Shown piece after piece: positions 17,191 through 30,324 of a DNA stretch of 64,000 nucleotides; the stretch's first letter is position 1; the number at the start of each line of letters is the position of its first letter. The notes below the pieces were generated by a model, which searched no databases, was not told the origin of the DNA, and saw only the letters and a program-made list of their open reading frames with translations. Source of the DNA: the human T2T-CHM13v2.0 reference genome, Homo sapiens; NCBI RefSeq assembly GCF_009914755.1, contig NC_060930.1; one strand, written 5' to 3'. The position numbers were made by a program, and so were the translations under genes.

Positions 17191-17530
17191 CAGCAACAAG
17201 AGATCGACACAGGCAGTACCAGGGTATCCACAAAAGGAGTGAACTGTCATCAGCTGGAGTGCCTCAGGCCCCTGGTTGGAAATCAAGGGAAGAATTTCAG
17301 TCCAGAGAAAGAAAGGGATAACTGGGCCAAGCCAGGGACCCAGTCCTAGAAGGCCTAGATTACTAGGCTTTCCAGGCAGAAACTTGGGCACTCTGAACAA
17401 GAAGGCAAAAATTATCATGTGGGGACTGGGTTTTAGGGACAAGGATGGAGCTCAAATCTCACCTACTTCTCCCAGACAAGCACTGGAGGTAACTTGGAGC
17501 TGGGTTTCAGAGTGCTGAGCTAGTTTCCTT

Positions 17531-17631
17531 GTTTTTTTTTGTTTTGTTTTGTTTTTGTTTGTTTGTTTGTTTGGTTTTTCTTTTGAGACGGAATCTCACT
17601 CTGTCACCCAGGCTGGAGTGCAGTGGCACGA
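17531..17631 (-). mobile_element. Truncated Alu (tail plus ~47 nt of the right-arm 3' end)
   Basis: T/GTTT tract followed by GAGACGGAATCTCACTCTGTCACCCAGGCTGGAGTGCAGTGGCACGA. Confidence 0.85.
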
Positions 17632-18331
17632 CTATTATTAAAAAGACAAAAAATGACAGATGTCGGTGAGGTGCAGAAAAAAGGGCATTCTTATACACTG
17701 CTAGGGGGATGTAAATTAGTTCAGTCACTGTGGAAAGCACTTTGAGATTTCCCAAAGAACTTAAAACAGAACTACCATTCAACCCAGCAATTTCATTACC
17801 GGGTATATTCCCAAAGGAATATAAATAATTTTGCCAAAAAGACACATGCACCTGTATGTTCATTGCAGCATGATTCACAATAGCAAAGACATGGAATCAA
17901 TCTAGATACTCATCAATGGTGGACTGAATAAAGAAAATGTGGTACATATACACCATAGAATGCTATGCATCTATAAAAAAGAATGAAATTATGGCCTTTG
18001 TAGCAACATGCATGGAGCTAGAGGCCATTATCCTAAACGAATGAATGCAGGAACAGAAAACCAAATACTGCCTGTTCTCACTTATAAGTGGGAGCTAAAC
18101 ACTGAGTACACATAGACACAAAGAAGGAAACAATAAACACTAGGGCCTACTTGAGGGGGGAGAGTAGGAGGAGGGTAAGGGTCAAAAAAACTACCTATTG
18201 GGTACTGTTCTCACCACCTGGGTGATGAACCCATTTGTTCACCAAATCCCAGCAACATGCAATTTACCCATGTACCAAATGTGCACATGTACTGGCAAAA
18301 CTAAAAAGTTGGAAAAGAAAAAAAAAAAAAA
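17632..18331 (+). mobile_element. 5'-truncated older primate L1 (L1PA13-16-like)
   Basis: ORF2 C-terminal remnant, 3'UTR (GGGCCTACTTGAGGG...ACTACCTATTGGGTAC) and poly-A. Confidence 0.88.
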
Positions 18332-18484
18332 CTCCTTTCCAGAGTGGGGGGATTGAGTGAGGTTGGACAGAGCATAATGAACTCTTGAGAGTCAAGTGAA
18401 GGGGGCCATGGCTGTAAAAAGAAGAGAAAGGCAGAGGCAGGGACTTACTAGGTTTGTCTCTTGCAAGAATGTGAGGCAATGGAG

Positions 18485-18720
18485 CACAGATAGTGGAGAT
18501 ACAGATTGAAATCCTGGATCTGGAGCTGCTTAGCCATGTGATTTTGAGAAAATTACCTTCTTCACCTTTCTATGCCTCCATTTTCTCATGTATAAAATGA
18601 GAATAATAATACTTTCTTTGCTGGGTTATTATGTATTAATAAATCAGAAGTAACAGAAGCAAAGTGCCAGGCATCTGGAAGGCAGTCCATGGTGGTAGTA
18701 AATAAGCAGTAGTTTTATTA
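18485..18720 (+). mobile_element. MIR
   Basis: TTCTATGCCTCCATTTTCTCATGTATAAAATGAGAATAATAATAC core. Confidence 0.65.
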
Positions 18721-19092
<372 letters not shown>

Positions 19093-22000
19093 CTAACAAT
19101 TATCTTTACACGTTATCTGGATCTCTTTCATAGCATTTTCATCCCACTTTTCACTAGTAATTATGCACATATTGTGATAATTCAGTTACTATTATGTTTT
19201 ATATTATGCTTTAGCCATTTTACTATCTCCTAGAGTAGATATTACAGCTTTTCATGGGATGGGTGTCTAGTTAACCCCTTTGGGCCTAAAATATGGAGGA
19301 ATCATAGGGCCATTTGAAAAAGTTGCCTAAGTTATTGGTAGTTAAGTATTTATTTCTCCACTCCTTCAATACTCATTGGGATTTATCAAGTAGCAATTTC
19401 ATGCCAAGCCATCCCATCCATCACTAATTCCTACTTTTTCTTTTTACCAAAGAAGTTAGGATTTGTTTTTGTTTTGTTTTCTTTCACTAATATTACGGTT
19501 CTAAGGAATGATCAGTTTATGAATTTTGGAATGTGCATTTGTTAGATACATCACAAATGCATCTCTGATTTGGCTGTTTAAAGGAAAACAAAGAATGAAA
19601 ATTGTCTGCCCAGGTACTATCATAAGAACCCAATGGCATGGGAAACCAGTGGTGGGGATAACCTATAATAACTCATAGTCAATGAAGCCCTACCCAGTGC
19701 ACAGTTCACTGACTCTGCAGCAAGGCATTATTATTGTTTTAGATGCCTTAAATTTGCTCTGTTAGCTTAGAACATAGCCCAGAATAACAGTTTAATGAAC
19801 TGGCTTTACAAGAGCAGCAGGCCCTATAAGACACAATACCAGATGTGTTTTTCATTCCATTTTTAAGTGATGTCTTTTTGGGGTGGAAGAGATGTTTTCA
19901 AGGTTTAATACAATTTTATTAAAGTTTTCTCAATAGTAACTTTTAAATTATATAGGCAAATACTAATTTCATGATAAACTTACTAAGTTAAAAAAACTGA
20001 TACGAAGTATCCAGGATGATTTTATGTTTGATGCAGTAAGTACAACACTAAAAGTAGTGTAATTACATTCTGCAGAAATGTCACTTATATTAGTCTGTTA
20101 TCCCACCTTCCATAGCAGGGTAACTTCAACTCTCCTGAGCTGCTCAGACTCTTCTTTGGTACTTTATTTGATTTGCTGTCTAATATAAATAAACTTATTT
20201 ACTTGTATTTGAGAGGAGATGAAGAAACAGCAGAGAGAATGTTTCAAAAGTCACCTTTAAATACATGAACAGAATAGTTCCTTTATCAAAACTCTTTCTT
20301 TCACAGGTTTGCTAAAACCCACGTGCAGATACCTAAAAGTTCAGTATAATGAGTTTCTAGCTGCTATGTATGTAATCAACTTACTAACTTGTTATATCTT
20401 TAACAAAATTGCAGGTATCCAATAAATCCACAATAGACTGGATTTCTGCATAACAAAGTCTGCCTCTTTGACATGGAAGCAATTGGATTCTCAGTAGTTA
20501 TTCACTTTTAAAGTTCTTATTTTGTTAAGATATCAGGTTTGATTAGTGAAAAAGAAAGACCATATTTTAATGGTAACATTTTTGTGTGAAATAAAAACAT
20601 TCCCTAGAAAAGAAAAAATTATGAATAAATGGTACTCCAAGCCTCAAGCAGAAAAGAATCTGGTGAATTTAACATTGTATATCCTAGAGATGAGTTACAC
20701 ATGACTAGTATGTTTAAGACAAACAGCTTGTTAAATTTCACTACACTCAGTGCTACAGGAAAAAGTTTAGAATGTTTTTTAAACAGTGAACTTCTCAAAG
20801 GAAAAGAATTATAAAATGGAAATAATTGGTGATTTGGCAAATAATCTCCAATTTATTTAATATCACACTCTTTGTTTAAATATAAAACACAAACAAAATT
20901 TTCATTCATATTTTTTCCTTCAGGAATAAAGATATCAGTGCTAATTCACTACTGATTACCAGGAAATTTTAATATTTTACCGGACAACTTAAAACAAGTG
21001 CTGCAATTAAAAATGTGCTTATGAAATGGTGGCTCTTCCCTCCACCTCTTTGTGCCTACTTCTGCAGTCACATCTGCTTTCCTTGCTAAAGAAATAAGCC
21101 TGTGGAAAGAAGAGCTTACACAGCTGAGGAAGAAAAGTGCATTCCTTTTTGTCTGGTGCATCATCAAACAACCTGTCAGCTACATTCCAAATGCAGAATC
21201 TTTATTTTGCATGATGATTCTAGGAGGCAGAAAGCACAGCTTGGCTGACTGATCCCAGGTGGAGTTTGAAGTGCTGACAGCAAGAGAACTAATGTTTAGA
21301 TTTATAAACTGAGTGAAGTTGATGTGGAAATCATTGCAAATGAATAAATATAGAGTCTTGCATTATCATTTTTATCAACTCACTTTGCTCACTATAACCC
21401 TTTCTATGTAATTACTTGCAATGAATGTGAGTTGTACCTACAACAGACATATGTACCTACAACTGCCACATATGTATGAAATATGTAGCCTCTTCAAGGG
21501 AAAGAAACACACCAATTTATTCAGCATACAGATTGCAAATACAAAAGGCAGGCCAGCATCTTATATAACAGGGAAGGAAGAGTTCGTGGCTTGTATAATT
21601 CATATCCTTAAATGAGTCAAGGAGTATTCATACCCAGGAGTGAAGATAAAACTGGCATTTTATTGATGGCATTATATATATGTTAAAATTTATATATTTT
21701 ATATACTAAAAAAGGAAGATAAATAAAAGCTAAATCAAAGAAAAATAAGTTGTTGGTATAGTACTTTACCTTTAATATTGACTGGAGTATATATTAAGCA
21801 GAACTATTGAAATTACATTGACATAATAATTAAAAGTGGATTCATTTGAGTGAAAACCTATATTTACTAATATTAATAGTTTTATCCATCAATGGCTATC
21901 AACCTTATTATCTGTTATTTATATCTGTTGTTTCCATGAGTTATATGCATTATTTTTTACAAGATTTCCTTATGAATAGTTTTGTATTTTTTATGCCTGG

Positions 22001-22821
22001 ATAAAACCACTGGTGGCCAGATTTCACTAATAGTCCTTTGACGTGAGGAGAGAATCCAGCCATAAAGGACAAAGCTACTCACAGATGCCACTGAATCTCT
22101 GCTATCCACACTGTGCCCGATTTTCGCTGCTCTCCTTTGGCACCTGCTGGTTTGGAATGTCAAGGCCAGAGTGCATGATGACAAGTAGAATGAAGTTAGG
22201 AGCAGATGCTACCCACTCCTAGCTTTGCTGAAAACATTACTTTCAGGTTATTTGAAGGTGTACCCAAAGGCACTATCCCCACCAAATACACACATAAATG
22301 CATGTGTAAAAGAATCGTACCTTCCTTCTGATGCATAGATGTATTAAGCAGTAATATTAATAACATTTTAAATATAAAATTCTATAACTCAGCTAGGATG
22401 ACATGAGGTTTGATAGATGACACCGTATATATTGAGTACATATGCTTTTTCTTGGCACATTATCAAAGAGTCTCAATACTTTATGAAAGGTATAAAAGAA
22501 GTGTATAGCTCTTCCTACTACTTCTAATTAATCCTAGGGCATCATTTTTAAAAATCTTTACAATGGGCATTATGATTCTTTATTTCTAATATAACAAGTC
22601 TCAAAAAAGTTTGTACTTACTAAGAAACTATGATAACCAACAAAGTATTAATATAAATAACATTATAAATTACTTATTTTAAAGTAATACAATAACTATG
22701 ATTCCCTTTCTGGGAATATGAGAATATTTTTATAATTTCTGTTCTCCAGCTGTTAGATGTCTTTCCTGGTTTCAAACCATAAAATCCTACTGGATTTCAC
22801 GCTGTTGTATTTTAAAAAATG

Positions 22822-23004
22822 TTATGTCTTAAAGCTTTTCTACAATTTAAAAAAAAAGTTGAATGTTTTCAACATTTATTTTATCAATTAAATCTGTGCC
22901 TAGACTAAAATAATCTTATGTTTTAAGGCTTCTCTGCAATTAAAAAAAAAGTTGAATTGTTTCAACATTTATGTTATCAATTAAATCTGGGCCTAGACTA
23001 AAAT
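22822..23004. repeat. Diverged 94-bp tandem duplication
   Basis: Copies at 22822-22911 and 22916-23004, roughly 90% identical. Confidence 0.85.
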
Positions 23005-24489
23005 GTGGAATGCTTTCAAAATCTAGTATCATCTCTAAATTCTGTCTGATTCTATAGAGATATGTCCAAGACAAATTAAGGATACAGTAGTGAAATGTAT
23101 TGGGAAAATAATCACTACTAGCCTAACAGGGAAGGCATCATGATTCTTTCCAAGTTTATTTAAGAATGTGACTTTGGACAGACACAAACTTTCAGTGTCT
23201 TGGTTGCCCTTGCATAAAGCAAATACCTGATAAAACTACAGCTTTCTTCTTCACAAGGTTAAGCAGAATTTAAATTAAAATACAACATAATTATGAAGCA
23301 TCGATATCTTTAAACAACTCAATATTTCTCAATCAAGAATCTCTAATAAACAAATAGTGATCAATAACATCATTAAATGCATGCTGGCTGTGCATAAATT
23401 AAATATTAATACAAATACACATTATAAAGTTGTGGGTATACCTTTTCTTCTATATGGACAAAGAAAAGAATCTAAATAGATTTGAATTTGAAAACTTTAG
23501 AGTTACACTGCAAATAGTCCTAAAATTATAGACAAAATTACCAAGTGTTATTTAATTGAACATTTATTAATATCACTACTTCAAATTGCCTCTTGCCTTT
23601 TATCTTTGCAGAAAACAAGTATATATGTGTACATATGTGTGTATTATTTCATTTTAATTTAAAGAAAACTACAAAGTGAATCACATTTCTAAAATATTTC
23701 CTTAAAAATGTGGCTCCTATGCATTTTTTGAAATGCAAGATGTTTAACTTTCTCCAGAAACTTGGGCAAAAGCCCAAGTCCAACAGATACGAATATTTGC
23801 TATATTTTGATCCTGAGCAAAAAAAATCAACACCAAGTGGTTTAGATGTTTGGTGCTTGGTTGTGTAGATATTTTGAAGCTTGATTTTTTATTTTACAAA
23901 TAACAATTTTAAAATGGATGTAATTTTGGTGGATATTGTTAATTTTATAATCAACACCTGTCTCTTTGTAAGTGGTCATGAAGATTATGAGAATGACGAG
24001 TCCCGTACCTCTGGAGCACTTCAGTAAGAGCCCAGGTGTTCTAGAGCTGTTGCAGAGTGGAGAGTGGTGGGAAGAAGTAGAAAAGATTACAACTGCGAAA
24101 CAACTGTAGAGCATAATTTCTGCCTCAAAGGGCTTACAATTTGGTGGGGTAAATAAGACAGGTTAGTAAGGATGACCTTGTCAGCCAAAGTAGGGAGCAA
24201 ATGCCAGGAAAGCTCAGGAGAAGGAGAAAGGACTTGTTAGAGGAGGGATCAGGAGCCACTTTGCTGAGGGGATGGTGTTGGATGCAGACCGTGACGGAGA
24301 GAAGGATTTAGACTGAAACAGTTGAAGATCTCAAAATAGGTTGAGAAGAGCAAGCATAGGAAAGGCACATGGGAAAAAAAGATGAAGCAAATTGTTCAAA
24401 GGCAGACATTGAGGTCTGGTATTATTCCCACTGTGAAACATATCGGCTGTTTACTCTCTGTCCCGTTCCAGGGATGCCAGCTCTCTTTC

Positions 24490-24551
24490 TGATTGGTCTT
24501 GCCTACACTGTCTCTTTTCCTGATTGGTCTTGCCTACACTGTTTCTTTTCC
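24490..24551. repeat. 31-bp tandem duplication with one mismatch
   Basis: TGATTGGTCTTGCCTACACTGT(C/T)TCTTTTCC twice. Confidence 0.92.
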
Positions 24552-24629
24552 AGTAGTACAGGAGTATAAACCTGAAATGTTACTTTTGCTTTCTTTGTGT
24601 TTAATTTTAGGGCAATAATTTAATGTTTA

Positions 24630-25370
24630 AGCCAAAAACCTGGAGGTTTCCCTAATTCTTTCCTCATCTTCATCTTCCTCCCACAAGATTGATCACCAAG
24701 ACCTGCTGCTTCCAGCCTCTAAAACTCTCTCAAAATGTCCAACTTTCTTTTTCCCCTCATCCCCTGTTCTAGTCCAAGTCCTCCTCTCTCACTGTATAGA
24801 ATTTTTCCTAGGTCTCCTCACTCCAAATAATTTCACCCCTTTAATATATTCGCCACATAGCTACCAGAATAATAGACTGAAAATATTATGTTTTCAGGCC
24901 ATTTCACTTCTCTCACAAAAATTCTAAAATATATAATGGTCCTTGAACTCTTAGATGATCTAACCCCTGCCTACCTCTTCAAGCCACCTTCTCAAAAATT
25001 CTCTCCTCCCTTAGTCCACCAGCCCTTTAGGGCTTTGGGCAATTCCCTCAACTGGAAATACTTCTCCCACCTACCATACTCTGCCCCTCCCAACCTGGAT
25101 GACTGTCCCACATCTTGCAGGTCCCATTTGGGTGTCCATTCTCTTGGGGAAACTTCCTTTGCCCCTGCTTCCTGTACCTGCAGCCTTGGTTGGTCCCTGT
25201 GACACTGTCCTACAGAACACTGCATTTCTTTTTCTCATAAAGCTAATCACATTTATGTATTTCGTGTCTTCTAGGTCATGCTTGTTGTGTTGAATGTTTT
25301 GCACCCACAGTTAGCACAGCACCTAGCCCAGAGTGGGTACTTAATAAATATAAAATGATTAAATAAATGG
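24630..25370 (+). mobile_element. L2
   Basis: Pyrimidine-rich L2 body ending TAGCACAGCACCTAGCCCAGAGTGGGTACTTAATAAATAT. Confidence 0.6.
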
Positions 25371-25890
25371 AAAACCTAATTGAAATACCAATGCTTTAAA
25401 TGCTTGGCTGGAATATTTGCGGATTGCATTAAATATACTTGCATGTTTCTAAATTATGTCTTTCTCCAAGTGTTAATTATCTTCAATATAACTACTGAAG
25501 TAGTGCTCAAAGTCCGGTATTAATTTCCAAATAAACTCAAAATATTCAGTTTTGACAAGCTTTGAAATAGCTGGGGGTTAAGAGTAGAGGGTAGAAATTA
25601 TCTTTAGTTGGACTTGAAAAGAAATTGGAAATGTACAATCTGGGGAAGCAGAGGTCTTTATGACAGAAGTATTCAAAGACTAGCATGGAAAAGGCATTGC
25701 TTTGGAGTAAAAGGAGACACCACAGTTTACAAAACCAAATTAAAGAAAAATTCAAAACTAGAAAAACTTAACAGTGATGCATATGTGGCAAAGATTGGAA
25801 TTTCCACTTGTTTTAATCTTTAAAAGAAAAAAATAGGCAATTTACATTAACACAGCCTATAATCCAGCATTTTCTCCTTAAACTGCGTCT

Positions 25891-26750
25891 CTTTTAAATT
25901 TTTATTTTACTTAACGTTCTGGGATACATGTGCAGAACGTACAGGTTTGTTACATAGGTATGCATGTGCCATGATGGTTTGCTGCACCTATCAACCCGTC
26001 ATCTAGGTTTTAAGCCCTGCATGAATTAGGTATTTGTCCTCATGCTCTCCATTCTTTTGCCCCCTAACCCCCAACAGGCTCTGGTGTGTGATGTTCCTCT
26101 CCCTGTGTCCATGTATTCTCATTGTTCAACTCCCACTTATGAGTGAGAACATGTGGTGTTTGATTTTCCGTTCCAGTGTTAGTTTGCTGAGAATGATGGC
26201 TTTCAGCTTCATCCATGTCCCTGCAAAGGACAAGAACTCATTCTTTTTTATGGCTGCATAGTATTCCACGGTGTATATGTGCCACATTTTCTTTATCCAG
26301 TCTATCATTGACGGGCATCTGGGTTGGTTCCAAGTCTTTGCTATTGTAAATAGTGCTGCAATATGCATACGTGTACATGTGTCTTTATAGTAGAATAATT
26401 CATAATACTTTGAGTATATACCCAGTAATGGGATTGCTGGGTCAAATGGTATTTCTGGTTCTAGATCCTTAAGGAATCACCACACTGTCTTCCACAATGG
26501 TTGAACTAATTTACACTCCCAGCAACAGTGTAAAAGTGTTCCTATTTCTCCTCACCTCCTAGCATCTGTTGATTCCTGATTTTTTAATAATTGCCATTCT
26601 AACTGGTGTGAGATGGTATCTCATTGTGGTTTTAATTTGCATTTCTCTAATGACCAGTGATGATGAGCTTTTTTTCATATGATTGTTGGCAGCATAAATG
26701 CCCAACCCCATCAAAAAGTGGGCAAAGGATATTAACAGGCACTTCTCAAA
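25891..26750 (-). mobile_element. 5'-truncated, 5'-inverted L1PA7/8-like element
   Basis: Main segment 25891-26700 (-) and inverted segment ~26702-26750 (+); TSD AAACTGCGTCT (25880-25890) / AAACTGCATCT (26748-26758). Confidence 0.9.
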
Positions 26751-27120
26751 CTGCATCTTAAAAAAACTTTTGCACAATGCAGCAGGTGGCATGCACGAGA
26801 ATGTTCACAGCCCAATGTTAAGAGTAGTGAAAGAAAAAATACTTGAAACAACCCAAATATACATCAACAGGAGAACAGATAAATATGTTGTGGTGTGTCC
26901 ATGCAATGGAATACTCCACATCAGAGAAAAGTTAATAAAACTATGGCTACCATGTGAAGAAGGGTGACTTTAAGAAACATGATGCATGGAAAAATCAAGT
27001 TGCAGGCCATATAAGCAATATAGTACCATTTTAAATATTCAAAAACAAAAGAAAAACAATACATTTCTTAGTGTTTCTGTTAGTCAGAATTTTTCAAAGA
27101 AACAGAACCAATAGGATATA

Positions 27121-28710
27121 GGGTCATGTGCTATATAATGACATTTTTTCAATGACATACTACATATAGATTGTTGGTCCCATAAGATTATAATGGAGCT
27201 GAAAAATTCATATCACCTACTGACATTGTAGCCATCATAACACCATAGTGCAAGGAGTTATTCATCATTCACATGTTTGTAGTGATGTTGGTATAAACAA
27301 ACCTGCTGCACTGCCAATTGCCTAACAGTCTAGCACATACAATTATGTATAGTACATGACAGTTGATAATGATCATAAATGACTATGTTACTAATTTATG
27401 TATTTACCATATTATACTTTGTATTGTTATTTTAGAGTATACGCCTTCTAATTATTAAAAATAAAAGGTTTACTGTAAAACAGCCTCAAACAGATTCTTC
27501 AGGAGGTTTTCCAGAAGAAGGCATTGTTATCATAGGAGATGACAGCTCCCTGAATATTATTTCCCCTGAAAACCTTCTGGTAGGACAAGATGTGGAGGTG
27601 GAAGACAGTGATATTTGAAGATCCTGATCCTGTGTAGGCCTAGGCTAATGTATGTGTTTGTGTCTTAGTTTCTAACAAAAAAGTATGAAAAGTAAAAAAA
27701 AAAAATAAAATTTAAAAATAGAAAAGTTTATAGAAAAAGGATATAAAGAAAGAAAACATTTTTGTACAGCTGTACAATGTATTTGTTTTCAGCTAAGTGT
27801 TACAAACAGTCAGAAAGTTAAAAAATTTAAAAGTTTCACCATGGAATACTATACAGCCATAAAAAAGGATGAGTTCATGTCCCTTGCAGGGACATGGATG
27901 AAACTGGAAACCATCATTCTCAGCAAAGTAATACAAGAAGAGAAAACCAAACACCACATGTTCTCTCTCATAAGTGGGAGCTGACCAATGAGAACACATG
28001 GACACAGGGAGGGGAACATCACACACTGGGGCCTGTAGGGGGTTGAGAGGCTGGGAGAGGGATGGCATTAGGAGAAATACCTAATGTAAATGACGAGTTG
28101 ATGGGTGCAGCAAACTAACATGGCAAAATATACCTATGTAACAAACCTGCATGTTCTGCACATGTACCCCAGAACTTAAAGTAATAATAATAAATAAAAA
28201 GTCAGAAAAAAAGTTGCAGTAAGCTAAAATTAATTTATTATTGAGAACAGAAAAATTTTAATGAATTTAGTACAGGCTAAGTTTTCAGTGTTTATAAAGT
28301 CTACAGTAGTGTACAGTAATATCTTAGGCCTTCACATTCACTCACCACTCCCTCAACCTCCCGGAATAATTTCTAGTCTTGTAAGCTCCATTCACGGTGA
28401 CTGCCCTATATAGTTGTGCCATTTTTTATTTTTTATGCTGTATTTTTGATGTACCTTTTCTATGTTTAGATATGATTGAATGCAGAAATATTTATGACTG
28501 TATTACAGTTGCCTACAGTATTCAGTACAGTAACATGCTATATAGGCTTATATTCTAGGAGCAATAAGCTATACCATACAGCCTAGGTATGTAATAGGCT
28601 ATACCTTCTAGGTTTGTGTCAGTACACTCTATGATGTTTGCATAATGCCTAAAATCACCTAATGATGCATTTCTCAGAATGTATCCCTGTCCTTAAGTGA
28701 TGCATGACTG
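27121..28710. mobile_element. Tigger3 (Golem)-family DNA transposon, internally deleted
   Basis: Termini GGGTCATGTGC... and ...GATGCATGACTG with TA on each side; GGTCCCATAAGATTATAATGGAGCTGAAAAATTC motif. Confidence 0.85.
27837..28200 (+). mobile_element. 5'-truncated L1PA7/8-like 3' end inside Tigger3
   Basis: CACCATGGAATACTAT...GCACATGTACCCCAGAACTTAAAGT plus A-rich tail. Confidence 0.9.
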
Positions 28711-30324
28711 TATATAGATATATATGAGGATACTTATATCAATTTTTATGTGTTCATAGTATGACATATTTTATATATTTTATTTGTAGCATGTTCATAT
28801 TATTATATGAATTTGCTCACACAGTTATGAAATCCAAGAGATCACACAATCTGCCATCTGCAAACTGGAGAACGAGGAAAGCCAGTGGCGTAATTCAGTC
28901 TAAGTTCAGAGGCCTGGGAAGTGGGGTGTCAATGGTGCAAGGAGCACCAATGTCAGAGGGTGGAAGATGGATGTCACCTCAAGCAGGGAAGGCAAATTTG
29001 CCCTTCTTCTGCCTCTTTGTTTCAGTCTTTCAAAGGATTGGTCATTTCCACCCACATTGGTGAGGTAGTTTACTTTACTCAGTCTGCCAATAGAAATGCT
29101 AATCTCTTTCAGAAACACCCTCACAGACACATCCAGAAATAATATTTCACCAGCTATATGGATACCTCTTATCCCAGTCAAGTTGAAACTTAAAATTAAC
29201 CATCAGAGGGATATATACATATATAGTAGAATAGAAAGAGAATGATTTTAAAAATTAGGTTAGTGTGATCTCTTGGGTGGATATATGGGATGCAGAAGAA
29301 GTAAGAAGGATGCTTCAACAATATTGATACCGTTCTATTCCTTAAGTTGCATGGTCAGTTCACAGATGTTCATCTCATTATTATGTTTTATAATTTACAT
29401 ATATGTTGCATATATCCTTTTGAAGGTACCAAAAACTTTAGACTTTTAAAATGAGGATAAAAATCAATTAACTTCAGCATATAGGTTAGATCCAAAGTCT
29501 CTGCCATAAAATATATGGAAAAAAAAGCAAATCTCAAAATGTAAGAGTGTAAAACGGTCAGTTTAGGATAGTAGGTAAAACTTCTATATAAACTTCAGGT
29601 GCTATTTATGATGATCACTGAATAATATTCATAGACTAATGAAACTCTTGCTCCTCTTCAAGGCCAAGGCAAAAATTATAAGTGGGATTCAAAAATATTA
29701 GAAAACTCAAAACAAATTGATCAGTGACATGTTTTTAAAAGATTCTGGTTTGTTGGTATTACAGCCCTAACCCCTGTGACAGACATTAACCATCATTATG
29801 GCAATTTGTGTAGACAGTAACTGGAAAGGGCTGGAATGACCATAGCTCCCTACTGAGTGTGGAACTTTGTCTTGAGTCAAATGAGGCCCGTAATGGATCC
29901 CGGCACATAATCACTCAGTAAATATTTATTGTATGAAGGGGAGCAAGTGAAAGTTGCAACTCTTTTTGCTATTTCCTCCCACCTGTCACCCAGTGCAGTA
30001 AAGGAACTTCTGGTAGGCTACCTGTGTGAATTGTAGCCTATTGATGCAGTCTACCTATGTGAATTGTAAACTTTACTCTGGAAAGCCAGCTAAAGCAGCC
30101 CAAATAGTTCAACTCCTTGTTCAGCATTTCCCTCAAACTTTGCTCCCAGGCAGCCAAGGGCCGCAGGGGAATGAAAAATATTCCTCTCCAGCCTGAGCCC
30201 CCAGAAGAAGGAGAAAAAATGCAACATACACTTTGGCAGGTAACTGCTTTCTCCTTCTCCTCAAAAAGAAAGGAGGTGACACATGAAGATAATAGATTAT
30301 CCCTGTGTGCTATCCCCTAACTAG

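Larger units (their letters stand above)
27076..29204 (-). mobile_element. MLT2B-like ERVL LTR split by Tigger3 (pieces 27076-27120 and 28711-29204)
   Basis: TTAGTCAG...GAAACAGAACCAATAGGATATA at one end and CCAGTCAAGTTGA...AAAATTAACCATCA at the other. Confidence 0.8.
26770..29450 (+). mobile_element. Old L1ME-like fragment hosting nested insertions (pieces ~26770-27070 and ~29205-29450)
   Basis: GAAACAACCCAAAT...CAATGGAATACT and TCACAGATGTTCATCTCATTATTATG are L1M 3' motifs. Confidence 0.55.

Noticed and set aside
30014-30068. 8-bp inverted repeat overlapping an 18-bp direct repeat
   Set aside because: A small local duplication with no further structure.
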